Shown here: positions 37,553 through 45,597 of the stretch, one piece after another | Layout: the number at the start of each line of letters is the position of its first letter | Numbering within the stretch: position 1 is the first letter of the stretch | Assembly (NCBI GenBank): GCA_965120485.1 | Contig: CBCPNG010000022.1 | Coordinates: forward strand, 1,457-65,456 | Direction: 5' to 3' | Source of the DNA: an uncultured Clostridia bacterium | GTDB lineage: Bacteria > Bacillota > Clostridia > Christensenellales > Borkfalkiaceae | Length of the DNA stretch: 64,000 nt | Made by a program: the position numbers and the translations under genes | The notes under the pieces: model-generated | What the model was told of the DNA's origin: nothing | Database searches by the model: none | What the model saw: the letters and a program-made list of their open reading frames with translations, nothing else

Positions 37553-37579
37553 GGCGGCGGGATTTGCCGCCGCTTTTTA
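37553..37579 (+). terminator. orphan plus-strand terminator forming the left edge of the cassette array
   Basis: GCGGCGG / CCGCCGC stem followed by TTTTTAT. There is no plus-strand gene upstream. It is homologous in position and flanks to the hairpin after cassette A. Confidence 0.6.
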
Positions 37580-37600
37580 TTGACTTTCGCTTTTTAATTG

Positions 37601-37629
37601 TTGACAACACAAATATCTTTAATTATAAT
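37601..37629 (+). promoter_or_regulatory. consensus promoter of cassette A (TTGACA-17-TATAAT)
   Basis: TTGACA at 37601-37606 and TATAAT at 37624-37629. Confidence 0.75.
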
Positions 37630-37670
37630 AAAAACAGTAAAAGTGCACAAAAAATTCAGGAGAAAAAATT

Positions 37671-38033
37671 ATGTTTTGCACAAATTGCGGAAGCCATTTA
37701 GACGATAATGCCGTGGCGTGCCCGCAATGCGGCGTTGCCACAGATAATTTTTATGCACCGCGAGGCGCGACCCACGAGGCTGACGACGCACCCAGTATGG
37801 GCTATGCCGTGCTCAGCTTCTTCTTCCCCATTGTGGGGCTAATTCTCTACCTTGTGTGGCATGGCACAATGCCGCAGAGAGCGCGCTCCTGCGGAAAGGG
37901 CGCGCTTATAGGTTTTGTTGTCGATATTTTGCTTGTGATATTTTTAATATTGCTGTACATATACTTATTTTCGTACATTTTTAAATTTATTTGCTATATT
38001 ATATATATTTTCTTTTGCAGTGCTCTTGCCTAA
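37671..38033 (+). CDS. zinc-ribbon / two-TM miniprotein, paralogue A
   Basis: MFCTNCGS..CPQCG zinc ribbon, then FFFPIVGLILYLVWH..RARSCGKGAL. AGGAGAA SD upstream. The hydrophobic tail is AT-rich and unique to this copy. Confidence 0.8.
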   Translation: MFCTNCGSHLDDNAVACPQCGVATDNFYAPRGATHEADDAPSMGYAVLSFFFPIVGLILYLVWHGTMPQRARSCGKGALIGFVVDILLVIFLILLYIYLFSYIFKFICYIIYIFFCSALA

Positions 38034-38085
38034 ATATAGGCGGCATATAGCCGCCGCTTATTTACTGCCTTTCGCTTTTTAACTC

Positions 38086-38114
38086 TTGACAACAGCAATA
38101 ACCTTGATTATAAT
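38086..38114 (+). promoter_or_regulatory. consensus promoter of cassette B (TTGACA-17-TATAAT)
   Basis: TTGACA at 38086-38091 and TATAAT at 38109-38114. Confidence 0.75.
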
Positions 38115-38148
38115 TAAAACAGTGGAAATTGTTAAGGAGAAGGTGATT

Positions 38149-38475
38149 ATGTTTTGTAAAAATTGCGGAAGTCATATAGACGACAATGCCATTGCGTGCC
38201 CGCACTGCGGAGCCGCAACCGATAATTTTTATACACCGCGCGGCGCGACCCATGAGGCTAACGATGCACCCAGCGGCGGCTTTGCCGTGCTTGGCTTCTT
38301 CTTCCCCATTGTGGGGCTTATACTTTACCTTGTATGGCACGATACAACACCGTTGCGCGCACGCTCATGCGGCAAGGGCGCGCTTGCGGGAGTGATTGTT
38401 GCAGTTATATTTGTAGTACTCTTTATTGTGTTGGGAGTGACAGTAAATTTGTACACAGAACCTGTTTATTATTGA
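38149..38475 (+). CDS. zinc-ribbon / two-TM miniprotein, paralogue B
   Basis: MFCKNCGS..CPHCG plus the same TM hairpin motif. AAGGAGAAGG SD upstream. The track start at 38086 is actually the TTG of the -35 box. Confidence 0.8.
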   Translation: MFCKNCGSHIDDNAIACPHCGAATDNFYTPRGATHEANDAPSGGFAVLGFFFPIVGLILYLVWHDTTPLRARSCGKGALAGVIVAVIFVVLFIVLGVTVNLYTEPVYY

Positions 38476-38489
38476 TTTTTAAACTTGAA

Positions 38490-38519
38490 AGCGGCGGCAG
38501 AATATGCCGCCGCTTTTTT
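38490..38519. terminator. bidirectional terminator shared by paralogue B and the XRE gene
   Basis: 10-bp stem AGCGGCGGCA / TGCCGCCGCT followed by TTTTTT. Confidence 0.8.
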
Positions 38520-38529
38520 GTGCTGTAAA

Positions 38530-38748
38530 TCAGTTTTCATGACCGTCTTTATCTGGGGTGTATTCAATTATGTCCTCTACCCGACAGTGCAAAATTTTGC
38601 AGAAGTCGTCTATCTTGTTTGTGCTTATACCTCCGCCACTGCGCATGCGCGCAATGGTTGCACTGCTTATGCCGTATTTATTTATAAGCGTGTACGTACT
38701 TTCGCCGCGCTCTTTTACAGTTTTCCAGAACGGCCTGTAATTTATCAT
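38530..38748 (-). CDS. XRE-family (Cro/CI-type) helix-turn-helix regulator, 72 aa
   Basis: STYTLINKYGISSATIARMRSG..ISTNKIDDFCKIL fits an HTH_26/XRE pattern. No SD. The ATG lies 6 nt after a TAAAAT -10 candidate. Confidence 0.85.
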   Translation of the reverse strand: MINYRPFWKTVKERGESTYTLINKYGISSATIARMRSGGGISTNKIDDFCKILHCRVEDIIEYTPDKDGHEN

Positions 38749-38754
38749 ACTACA

Positions 38755-38783
38755 ATTTTATTATGTAGTTATTTAGTTGACAA
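38755..38783 (-). promoter_or_regulatory. candidate promoter of the XRE gene (TTGTCA-17-TAAAAT), implying a leaderless mRNA
   Basis: On the minus strand, rc of 38778-38783 is TTGTCA and rc of 38755-38760 is TAAAAT. The start codon begins 7 nt after the -10. Its -35 overlaps the -35 of the divergent cassette C promoter. Confidence 0.5.
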
Positions 38784-38805
38784 TAGTCATAATTATGACT
38801 ATAAT
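38777..38805 (+). promoter_or_regulatory. consensus promoter of cassette C with an 18-bp perfect palindrome in the spacer (candidate operator)
   Basis: TTGACA at 38777-38782 and TATAAT at 38800-38805. The palindrome TAGTCATAATTATGACTA occupies 38784-38801. Confidence 0.75.
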
Positions 38806-38851
38806 ATAGACAGCGGAGTTTCCGCAATACATACTCAGGAGGATATGAAAA

Positions 38852-39235
38852 ATGTTTTGCACAAATTGCGGAAGCCAGTTAAACGACTCAGCCGTAATAT
38901 GTCCGCACTGCGGCGTTGCAACCGAAAATTTTAACGCACCGCGCAGCGCAGCGCCTGCTGCCAATGACGCCCCCAGCGCAGGGTTTGCAGTGCTGTGCTT
39001 TTTCTTCCCCGTGGTGGGGCTTATACTCTACCTTGTATGGCACGACACAATGCCACTGCGTGCACGCTCCTGCGGCAAAGGCGCACTTATATCCGTTATA
39101 ATATATGCGGCACTTATAGTTTTTATTGTGATTTTGGTTGTGGGGAAATTATCGTGTGCTGCGGCACTTATAGTTTTTACGGCACTTATAGTTTTTATTG
39201 TGATACTGGTTGTGAGGGTGTATCGTGTGCGATGA
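38852..39235 (+). CDS. zinc-ribbon / TM miniprotein, paralogue C (tail with internal duplication)
   Basis: MFCTNCGSQLNDSAVICPHCG and FFFPVVGLILYLVWH..RARSCGKGAL. CAGGAGGA SD upstream. ALIVFIVILVV is repeated in the tail. Confidence 0.8.
   Translation: MFCTNCGSQLNDSAVICPHCGVATENFNAPRSAAPAANDAPSAGFAVLCFFFPVVGLILYLVWHDTMPLRARSCGKGALISVIIYAALIVFIVILVVGKLSCAAALIVFTALIVFIVILVVRVYRVR
39107..39217 (+). repeat. local tandem duplication inside paralogue C
   Basis: GGCACTTATAGTTTTTA occurs at 39109, 39162 and 39181. The ~35-nt unit GGCACTTATAGTTTTTATTGTGAT(T/A)(T/C)TGGTTGTG is present twice. Confidence 0.8.
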
Positions 39236-39288
39236 CTTATTGATTTTACCCGTTTAAAAGAGTGGCAATCTGCCGCCATTTTTTTGTG

Positions 39289-39323
39289 CCGTAAAGCAAT
39301 TTTCATTACCGTCTTTATAATTT
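39289..39323 (-). pseudogene. 3'-end and promoter remnant of a deleted XRE gene copy
   Basis: The rc reads TAAAAT-TATAAAGACGGTAATGAAAATTGC. The intact copy has ..AAAGACGGTCATGAAAACTGA (KDGHEN*). The gene body is missing between the -10 and the last ~6 codons. Confidence 0.55.
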
Positions 39324-39340
39324 TAGTATGTAGATATTTG

Positions 39341-39369
39341 TTGACAATGGTTATAATTGTAACTATAAT
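39341..39369 (+). promoter_or_regulatory. consensus promoter of cassette D (TTGACA-17-TATAAT) with a degenerate palindrome
   Basis: TTGACA at 39341-39346 and TATAAT at 39364-39369. The spacer contains GTTATAATTGTAAC (one mismatch from a perfect palindrome). Confidence 0.72.
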
Positions 39370-39415
39370 ATAGACAGCGGAGTTTCCGCAATACATATTC
39401 AGGAGGATTTGAAAA

Positions 39416-39703
39416 ATGTTTTGCAAAAATTGTGGGAGCCAGATAAATGACTCAGCCGTAATATGTCCGCACTGCGGCGTTGCTACGCACAACATTTCGC
39501 CTGTTAGTCAAAAGAGCAGTAACGGTTTTGCGGTAGCAGGATTTGTGTTATCTTTCTTTTTCGCGCTGTTGGGACTTATATTCAGCGCCATCGGATTAAG
39601 CAAAGCCAAGACGACGGGCAGTGGAAAGGGGCTTGCCATAGCCGGTCTTACTATTTCGCTGTGTTGGTTTGCACTTGTATTTTTAATTATTATGTCAATT
39701 TAA
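39416..39703 (+). CDS. zinc-ribbon / DUF4190-like two-TM miniprotein, paralogue D
   Basis: MFCKNCGSQINDSAVICPHCG, then GFAVAGFVLSFFFALLGLIFSAIGL..GKGLAIAGLTISL. The 5' UTR is nearly identical to that of C. Confidence 0.8.
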   Translation: MFCKNCGSQINDSAVICPHCGVATHNISPVSQKSSNGFAVAGFVLSFFFALLGLIFSAIGLSKAKTTGSGKGLAIAGLTISLCWFALVFLIIMSI

Positions 39704-39706
39704 AAA

Positions 39707-39737
39707 ATACCGCCGCGGCATTTTGCCGCGGCGGTAT
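39707..39737. terminator. bidirectional terminator shared by paralogue D and glyA
   Basis: 14-bp stem ATACCGCCGCGGCA / TGCCGCGGCGGTAT, flanked by A6 and TTCTTTAT. Confidence 0.8.
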
Positions 39738-39777
39738 TTCTTTATATAGGTTTCACCTTAATTTTCGGTTGTTACAG

Positions 39778-41028
39778 TTATTTTGCCAAGCCTTTATAGA
39801 GCGGAAAAGCGGCGCAGAGTTTTGCGACCTCTTCGGTTACGTATCCGAAGGACTCCTCCCTCTCTTCTATTACCTTAGCGATGAGGCTGGCGACGGTACG
39901 CGCCTGTGCCTCCTTCATGCCGCGCGAGGTCATGGCGGGCGTGCCTATGCGTATGCCTGAGGTGACAAAGGGCTTTTGGGTATCGAATGGTATGGCGTTT
40001 TTATTTACAGTAATGTGGACTTCATCCAACATCTTTTCGAGCTCTTTGCCCGTGAGCCCCTTATCGGTGAGATTTAAAAGAATGAGGTGGTTATCCGTAC
40101 CGCCCGAAACCATTTTTATGCCGAGCTTTTTGAACTCGTCCGCCATGGCGGCGGCGTTTTTTATAATCTGCGCCTGATAAGTTTTGAATGAGGGCGAGAG
40201 GGCCTCTTTGAATGCCACCGCCTTTGCGGCGATTATGTGCATGAGCGGACCGCCCTGAATACCGGGGAATATTGCCTTATCTATCGCCTTGGCGTACTGT
40301 TCCCTGCACATTATCACGCCGCCGCGTGGACCGCGGAGGGTCTTGTGCGTGGTAGTCGTGACAAAGTCGGCATAGGGCACGGGCGAGGGATGAAGCCCAG
40401 CCGCTACGAGCCCTGCTATGTGGGCTATATCTACCATCATAAGCGCGCCCACTTTATCACAGATTTGCCTTATGCGCTTGAAGTCGATTACGCGCGGATA
40501 GGCACTTGCTCCCGATACTATCATCTTGGGCTTGCACTCTGTGGCAACGCGCTCCATTTCGTCGTAGTCGATAACCTCACTGCCCTCGCTGACTCCGTAG
40601 GGCACTATGTTGAAATACTTGCCCGAAATATTTACGGGCGAGCCGTGTGTGAGGTGTCCGCCGTGGGCGAGGTTCATGCCCATGATAGTATCGCCTGTGT
40701 TGAGCATGGCGAAGTACACCGCTAAATTTGCACTGGCGCCGCTGTGGGGCTGGACGTTGGCGTGCTCGCACCCGAACAGCTGTTTGAGCCTGTCGCGAGC
40801 GAGGTCTTCGGCGACGTCTACAAACTTACAGCCGCCGTAGTAGCGTTGCGCAGGGTAGCCCTCGGCATATTTGTTGGTGAGGTGACTGCCTGCCGCCGCC
40901 ATTACGGCAGGGGAAACAAAGTTTTCGCTGGCAATCAGCTCTATATTGCCCTGCTGGCGTGCAAGTTCGAGGCGCATTGCCTCGGCAATTTCAGGGTCGG
41001 TCTTTTCAATGAGTGAAATGTCTATCAT
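39778..41028 (-). CDS. glyA: serine hydroxymethyltransferase
   Basis: [17 protein letters not shown]-lysine motif and typical length. Confidence 0.96.
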   Translation of the reverse strand: MIDISLIEKTDPEIAEAMRLELARQQGNIELIASENFVSPAVMAAAGSHLTNKYAEGYPAQRYYGGCKFVDVAEDLARDRLKQLFGCEHANVQPHSGASANLAVYFAMLNTGDTIMGMNLAHGGHLTHGSPVNISGKYFNIVPYGVSEGSEVIDYDEMERVATECKPKMIVSGASAYPRVIDFKRIRQICDKVGALMMVDIAHIAGLVAAGLHPSPVPYADFVTTTTHKTLRGPRGGVIMCREQYAKAIDKAIFPGIQGGPLMHIIAAKAVAFKEALSPSFKTYQAQIIKNAAAMADEFKKLGIKMVSGGTDNHLILLNLTDKGLTGKELEKMLDEVHITVNKNAIPFDTQKPFVTSGIRIGTPAMTSRGMKEAQARTVASLIAKVIEEREESFGYVTEEVAKLCAAFPLYKGLAK

Positions 41029-41057
41029 AGGTGTGCTCCAAATTAAAATTTAAGTAT

Positions 41058-41086
41058 ATTTTAACATAAAAGCCGTGCAATTACAA
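41058..41086 (-). promoter_or_regulatory. candidate glyA promoter (TTGTAA-17-TAAAAT)
   Basis: On the minus strand, rc of 41081-41086 and rc of 41058-41063 are separated by a 17-nt spacer, about 30 nt upstream of the ATG. Confidence 0.5.
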
Positions 41087-41260
41087 CAGATTGGCGATAG
41101 AAAATTGTATAAAGTATGCGCGGATACAGCAACGTTTTAAGGGCGCAGATAGGTTTTAGCATATACCCCGCTTTTTTGTATTCGGGGCGTGGATTTACGG
41201 AGAGAACAGGCACTGTGCAATGCAGCAGCGACAGGGAGATGCGAGGCAATATTTACACCA

Positions 41261-41302
41261 GTATGCGGTGGGGTGCGGATTGCTCCGCGCCCCACCGCAT
41301 AC
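41261..41302 (-). terminator. long hairpin after the alcohol dehydrogenase gene
   Basis: ~19-bp stem GTATGCGGTGGGG(C/T)GCGGA / TCCGC(A/G)CCCCACCGCATAC. Weak U-tract. Confidence 0.55.
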
Positions 41303-41327
41303 AACGAATATTACAGATTTAAAAAAA

Positions 41328-42494
41328 TTATATGTAAGACTTTTTATAAACTTCTATGACCTCTTCGCGCGACATGGGAACGCGCTCGTTGGCAAAAACG
41401 CGCGCCATAGACGACATGGCTTTATCTGCAAGCGTGGGGAAATCTTGCGGCGTTATGCCGTAGTCTGACATTTTAAGCCCGTCTACGCCGCACTCCTTCA
41501 TAAGTGTGTCGAGCGCGGTCAAAAAGTCTTTGCCTGTTTTTGCAGGATAGCCCATCGCTTGTGCCATGCGCACGAACCTTTCCTCCTCTACCCCTACCGC
41601 AATTTCGCGTGCAAAGTATGCGTGGGCAAGCATTATAAGTCCTGCGCCGTGAGGAAGGTCGGGGTTTAAAGCGCTCATGGCGTGTTCCATGCCGTGGTTT
41701 GCCGTACAGCCTGAGAGCGTCATCACCATGCCTGACAGCATGTTTGCAAACGACATGCCGTCGCGCGCCTCATAATCAGAGCCGTCCTTTACCGCGCGGA
41801 CGAGAAACTTGCCCACATATTCCATAGAGGTAAGCGCTAACATATCGCTCATCTTGTTTGCCTTTGCCGAGATATAGCACTCTATGGCGTGAAAGAGGGC
41901 GTCAAAGCCCTGATATGCAGTAAGCGTTGCAGGCACGCCGTGTGTAAGAGTGCTGTCTACAACCGAGAGAACGGGGAACATCTGCGGATGTATAAAGCCT
42001 ATTTTTTCGCCCGTTTCGGGGTTGGTGACGACTGCCGTTGCGTCTGCCTCTGACCCCGTGCCTGCCGTGGTGGTAATGGCAACTATGGGCAACGCATTAT
42101 TTTTGACAGGTCTGCCGCCGCCCGTGCCTGCGGCGACAAAGTCCCAGTAATTTTCGCCGTTTGGAGCAAGCAGGCCTATTGCCTTTGCCGCGTCCATGAC
42201 CGAGCCGCCGCCGAGAGCAACGACAAAATCACAGCCGCCTCCACGGGCGACGCGCGCGCCCTCGTTGACCTGTTCAAGTGAAGGGTTGGAGCCTATGCCT
42301 TCGTACACCACGGGCGGCTTGCCGCAAGATTTCAGCGCCGCATATACCTTATCGAACGCGCCTGTGCGCCGCGCCGAACCGCCGCGTGAGAGAACAAGAA
42401 GTGCCCTGCCGCCAGGGAGCTTTTGCGAAGAGAGTTCTGAAAGCGCGCCCTCGCCGAAGATAATCTGCGTGGGCACAGAAAATTTAAATTGCAT
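41328..42494 (-). CDS. iron-containing (group III) alcohol dehydrogenase
   Basis: GGGS..D.AK and metal-binding histidine motifs (HAIECYIS, NHGMEHA). Start set at MQFKF, which has AAGGAGAAATT upstream. Confidence 0.88.
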   Translation of the reverse strand: MQFKFSVPTQIIFGEGALSELSSQKLPGGRALLVLSRGGSARRTGAFDKVYAALKSCGKPPVVYEGIGSNPSLEQVNEGARVARGGGCDFVVALGGGSVMDAAKAIGLLAPNGENYWDFVAAGTGGGRPVKNNALPIVAITTTAGTGSEADATAVVTNPETGEKIGFIHPQMFPVLSVVDSTLTHGVPATLTAYQGFDALFHAIECYISAKANKMSDMLALTSMEYVGKFLVRAVKDGSDYEARDGMSFANMLSGMVMTLSGCTANHGMEHAMSALNPDLPHGAGLIMLAHAYFAREIAVGVEEERFVRMAQAMGYPAKTGKDFLTALDTLMKECGVDGLKMSDYGITPQDFPTLADKAMSSMARVFANERVPMSREEVIEVYKKSYI

Positions 42495-42580
42495 AATTTC
42501 TCCTTTTATAACAGCTATGCGCCGATTGAATAGAGCGCCATATATATGCAAACTAACGCACATTTCCAGCGCATATAAAA

Positions 42581-42599
42581 AGAGCGCGTGCCGCGCCCT
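42581..42599 (-). terminator. intrinsic terminator after trxA
   Basis: On the minus strand, AGGGCGCG-GCA-CGCGCTCT is followed by TTTTTAT. Confidence 0.6.
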
Positions 42600-42608
42600 T
42601 TTTGCATT

Positions 42609-42920
42609 TTAAAGATTTTTGCCGAGGAACTGCTTTACCTCGTCCGCGGCCATGAAGCCTACGGACTTTGCTATCATGCCGCCGTCTTTGAATACAGCGA
42701 CATAGGGTATACTCATTATGCCGTAGCGTGCAGAGAGCGCAGGCGCGCTGTCTACATCTACCTTTACAAACTCCGCCTTGTCGGAAAAATCATTTGAAAC
42801 TTCTTCAAGCACGGGGGCGAGCATTTTGCAGGGTCCGCACCAATTAGCAAAAAAGTCGCATACTACGGGCTTTTCGCCTGCGATAAGTTTTTCAAACTGT
42901 TCTTCGTTTACCTGTATCAT
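42609..42920 (-). CDS. trxA: thioredoxin
   Basis: WCGPCK active site, 103 aa. Confidence 0.94.
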   Translation of the reverse strand: MIQVNEEQFEKLIAGEKPVVCDFFANWCGPCKMLAPVLEEVSNDFSDKAEFVKVDVDSAPALSARYGIMSIPYVAVFKDGGMIAKSVGFMAADEVKQFLGKNL

Positions 42921-42974
42921 TTTTTTATAAATCTCCGTAATTTCCGCATATATGCGGTTATTTTGCCGCGCGAT

Positions 42975-44228
42975 TCAGCGGCGGCTCAAATAATTTGTTA
43001 AGTCGGCAAACTTTACTTCTTGCGAAACGCCGTCTGCCATGTTCTTTACATTGCACGCGCCGCTTGAAAGTTCAGTTTCGCCTATGGCGGCGACATACTT
43101 TGCACCTATTTTATCGGCATACTTGAACTGCGCTTTGAGTGACCTCTCCATGTGGTCGCACTCGGCGGAAATGCCAGCCCTGCGCATTTCGGCGGCGAGG
43201 GAAAACGCCTTTAAGCGGCTGGCTTCGTCCATGCCTGCAAAGTATACCGTGGGTTTGGGCTCTTCGGGGAAGGGCACGCCCGTGTTTTCCATTAACAACA
43301 GAAGGCGTTCCAGCCCCACGGCGAAGCCTACGGCAGGGGTATGGCTGCCGCCGAGTTCTTCTATAAGTCCGTCGTACCTGCCGCCGCCGCACACCGTGCC
43401 CTGCGCGCCTATATCTTCCGACACAAACTCAAACACCGTCCTTGTGTAGTAGTCAAGACCGCGGACTATGTTTGTATCGACAGAAAATTTAAGTCCGCCT
43501 GACGTGAGCAGATTTTGCACTGCGGAAAAGTGAGAGGAACATTCGTCGCAGAGGCTATCGGTTATGCGCGGCGCGTTCCTTACTATCGGCCTGCACTTTT
43601 CTTCCTTGCAATCTAATATGCGCAGGGGATTTTTTTCGAAACGCTCGCGGCAGGTCGGGCACATCTGTTCCAGATTGGGCAGAAGATATGCCCTTAACTC
43701 TGCATTGTAGCGCGTGCGGCAGTTTTTACAGCCTATGGAATTTATGTGCAATTTTACGTTTTTAATGCCCAGTCGCCGCAAAAAGGACGAGGCGGCAAAT
43801 ATTACCTCGGCATCGGCGTCGGGCGTTGGCGAACCGTACACCTCTACGCCGAACTGGTGGAATTCGCGCAGTCTGCCAGCCTGCGGACGCTCGTAGCGGA
43901 AAGCAGGTATTATGTAGAACATTTTAGCAGGCAACAGTCCGCCAAACATTCCGTTTTCGATAAAGGAGCGCGCCACGCCTGCCGTACCTTCGGGCTTTAA
44001 GGTTATGGAGCGGTCGCCCTTATCTTTGAAGGTGTACATCTCTTTATTGACAATGTCGGTGGCGTCGCCCACACCGCGCAAAAACAGCTCTGTGTGTTCA
44101 AACACAGGGGTGCGTATCTCTTTCAGGTTATATAGTTTTGCAACACCGCGCGCGGTATTCTCTAAAAAATGCCACTTGTAGGAATCCTGAGGCAGAACAT
44201 CTTTTGTGCCCTTGGGAATGTTTATCAT
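42975..44228 (-). CDS. hisS: histidine--tRNA ligase
   Basis: Class-II aaRS motifs (FRYERPQAGRLREFHQ, GGGRYDGL) plus a C-terminal anticodon-binding domain. Confidence 0.95.
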   Translation of the reverse strand: MINIPKGTKDVLPQDSYKWHFLENTARGVAKLYNLKEIRTPVFEHTELFLRGVGDATDIVNKEMYTFKDKGDRSITLKPEGTAGVARSFIENGMFGGLLPAKMFYIIPAFRYERPQAGRLREFHQFGVEVYGSPTPDADAEVIFAASSFLRRLGIKNVKLHINSIGCKNCRTRYNAELRAYLLPNLEQMCPTCRERFEKNPLRILDCKEEKCRPIVRNAPRITDSLCDECSSHFSAVQNLLTSGGLKFSVDTNIVRGLDYYTRTVFEFVSEDIGAQGTVCGGGRYDGLIEELGGSHTPAVGFAVGLERLLLLMENTGVPFPEEPKPTVYFAGMDEASRLKAFSLAAEMRRAGISAECDHMERSLKAQFKYADKIGAKYVAAIGETELSSGACNVKNMADGVSQEVKFADLTNYLSRR

Positions 44229-44263
44229 AATACACCTTTAAAGTTGCCGCCAAATAAAAACGT

Positions 44264-44278
44264 GCGGCAGTATGCCGC
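44264..44278 (-). terminator. short hairpin plus U-tract between hslU and hisS
   Basis: On the minus strand, GCGGCA-TAC-TGCCGC is followed by ACGTTTTTATTT. It begins immediately after the hslU stop. Confidence 0.5.
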
Positions 44279-44280
44279 GA

Positions 44281-45597
44281 TTAAAGCACGTATTTCTTTA
44301 AATCGCGGTTCTTTATAATCTTTTCTAAATGCTCTTCGACATATTTGCTGTTGACCTCTAAGGGGATGACGGGGTAGTCGTTGCCGCCTGCTTCGAACGA
44401 GATATCTTCGAGCAGATATTCCATAACGGTGTGAAGGCGGCGCGCGCCGATATCCTCTGACGTGGAGTTTATGTCCTCGGCGATTTCTGCAATCTTTTCG
44501 ATTGCGTCGGAGGTGAATTTGAGGTCTATGTTGTCGACGGCGAGAAGTACCGAATACTGCCTGGTTATGGCGTTTTGAGGCTGGGTTAAAATGTCGATAA
44601 AGTCCTGCTTGGTGAGCGAGGACAGCTCTACATGAATGGGAAACCTGCCTTGAAGTTCGGGGATGAGGTCCTCTAACCTGGATACGTGGAAGGCGCCTGC
44701 CGCTATAAACAGAATGTAGTCTGTTTTTATAGGACCGTACTTTGTCATGACGGTACAGCCCTCTACGATGGGCAATATGTCGCGCTGGACGCCCTCTCGC
44801 GATACGTCTGCGCCCGAAGTGTTGTCTTTGCCTGCAATTTTATCTATCTCGTCGATGAAGATTATACCGTCGTTTTCTGCTCTGCGGATTGCCTCTGAAT
44901 TTACGGCATCGTTATCTATCAGCTTGTCCGCCTCCTCTGCCATTATCAGGTTTACCGCCTCTTTTACGGTGAGCTTGCGCCGCTTGCGCTTGGGGGGAAG
45001 TCCCATTCCGCCGAATATAGAGCCGAGGTCTAACGCGGCACCGCTTCCTGGCGAGAGTTCGAGCGGTTTGAGCATATCGGCTACCTCTATCTCTATTACG
45101 GCGTTATCGTACTTGCCCTCGTGCACGGCGGTGATGAACTGCTGTTCAAACACCTCATTTGAAAGGTCGCCCTTGTCTGCCTTGTTGTTTTCTGCAAGAA
45201 TTTTGCCGACGCGCTTTTCGGCAGTGGCGCGCGCCTTGGTCTCTACCTCGGCTGTCTTTTCTTCGCGGACGAGGCGTATGGCGCACTCGGCGAGGTCGCG
45301 CACCATGGATTCTACGTCTCTGCCGACGTAGCCCACTTCGGTATACTTGGTCGCCTCTACCTTTAAAAACGGAGCCTTGACAAGTTTTGCAAGTCTTCGC
45401 GCAATCTCGGTTTTGCCCACGCCCGTGGGACCCTTCATTATAATGTTTTTGGGAGTAATCTCTTCCATAAGTTCGGGGGTGAGCATACTCCTTCTGTAAC
45501 GGTTTCGCAGAGCTATGGCAACTGCCTTTTTGGCGTCGCTTTGCCCTATAATATATTTATCGAGTTCGTGTACTATCTGCTTGGGTGATAAATCCAT
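44281..45597 (-). CDS. hslU: ATP-dependent protease ATPase subunit HslU
   Basis: GPTGVGKTEIARRLA Walker A, IIFIDEIDK Walker B, and an I-domain insertion. Confidence 0.95.
   Translation of the reverse strand: MDLSPKQIVHELDKYIIGQSDAKKAVAIALRNRYRRSMLTPELMEEITPKNIIMKGPTGVGKTEIARRLAKLVKAPFLKVEATKYTEVGYVGRDVESMVRDLAECAIRLVREEKTAEVETKARATAEKRVGKILAENNKADKGDLSNEVFEQQFITAVHEGKYDNAVIEIEVADMLKPLELSPGSGAALDLGSIFGGMGLPPKRKRRKLTVKEAVNLIMAEEADKLIDNDAVNSEAIRRAENDGIIFIDEIDKIAGKDNTSGADVSREGVQRDILPIVEGCTVMTKYGPIKTDYILFIAAGAFHVSRLEDLIPELQGRFPIHVELSSLTKQDFIDILTQPQNAITRQYSVLLAVDNIDLKFTSDAIEKIAEIAEDINSTSEDIGARRLHTVMEYLLEDISFEAGGNDYPVIPLEVNSKYVEEHLEKIIKNRDLKKYVL

Noticed and set aside
38485-39495. ORFs 38485-38934 (+), 38773-38964 (-), 38995-39243 (+) and 39028-39495 (-) in the cassette array, plus 38062-38340 (-) further upstream.
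   Set aside because: Each runs through terminator hairpins, promoters or the opposite strand of the zinc-ribbon/HTH genes. None has an SD, and the conserved zinc-ribbon frames explain the region better.
41029-41327. Possible riboswitch (ZTP, THF or glycine) in the 300-nt glyA upstream region; also ORFs 41061-41249 (-) and 41116-41322 (+).
   Set aside because: No recognisable conserved cores. The predicted promoter lies only ~30 nt from the ATG, so most of the region is upstream of the transcript. The ORFs lack an SD and overlap the ADH terminator.
44229-44280. Looked for a T-box leader upstream of hisS (and upstream of the his operon at 13638-13800).
   Set aside because: The hisS upstream gap is only 52 nt and holds just a small hairpin. 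No T-box-like conserved box or specifier structure was recognised in either region.
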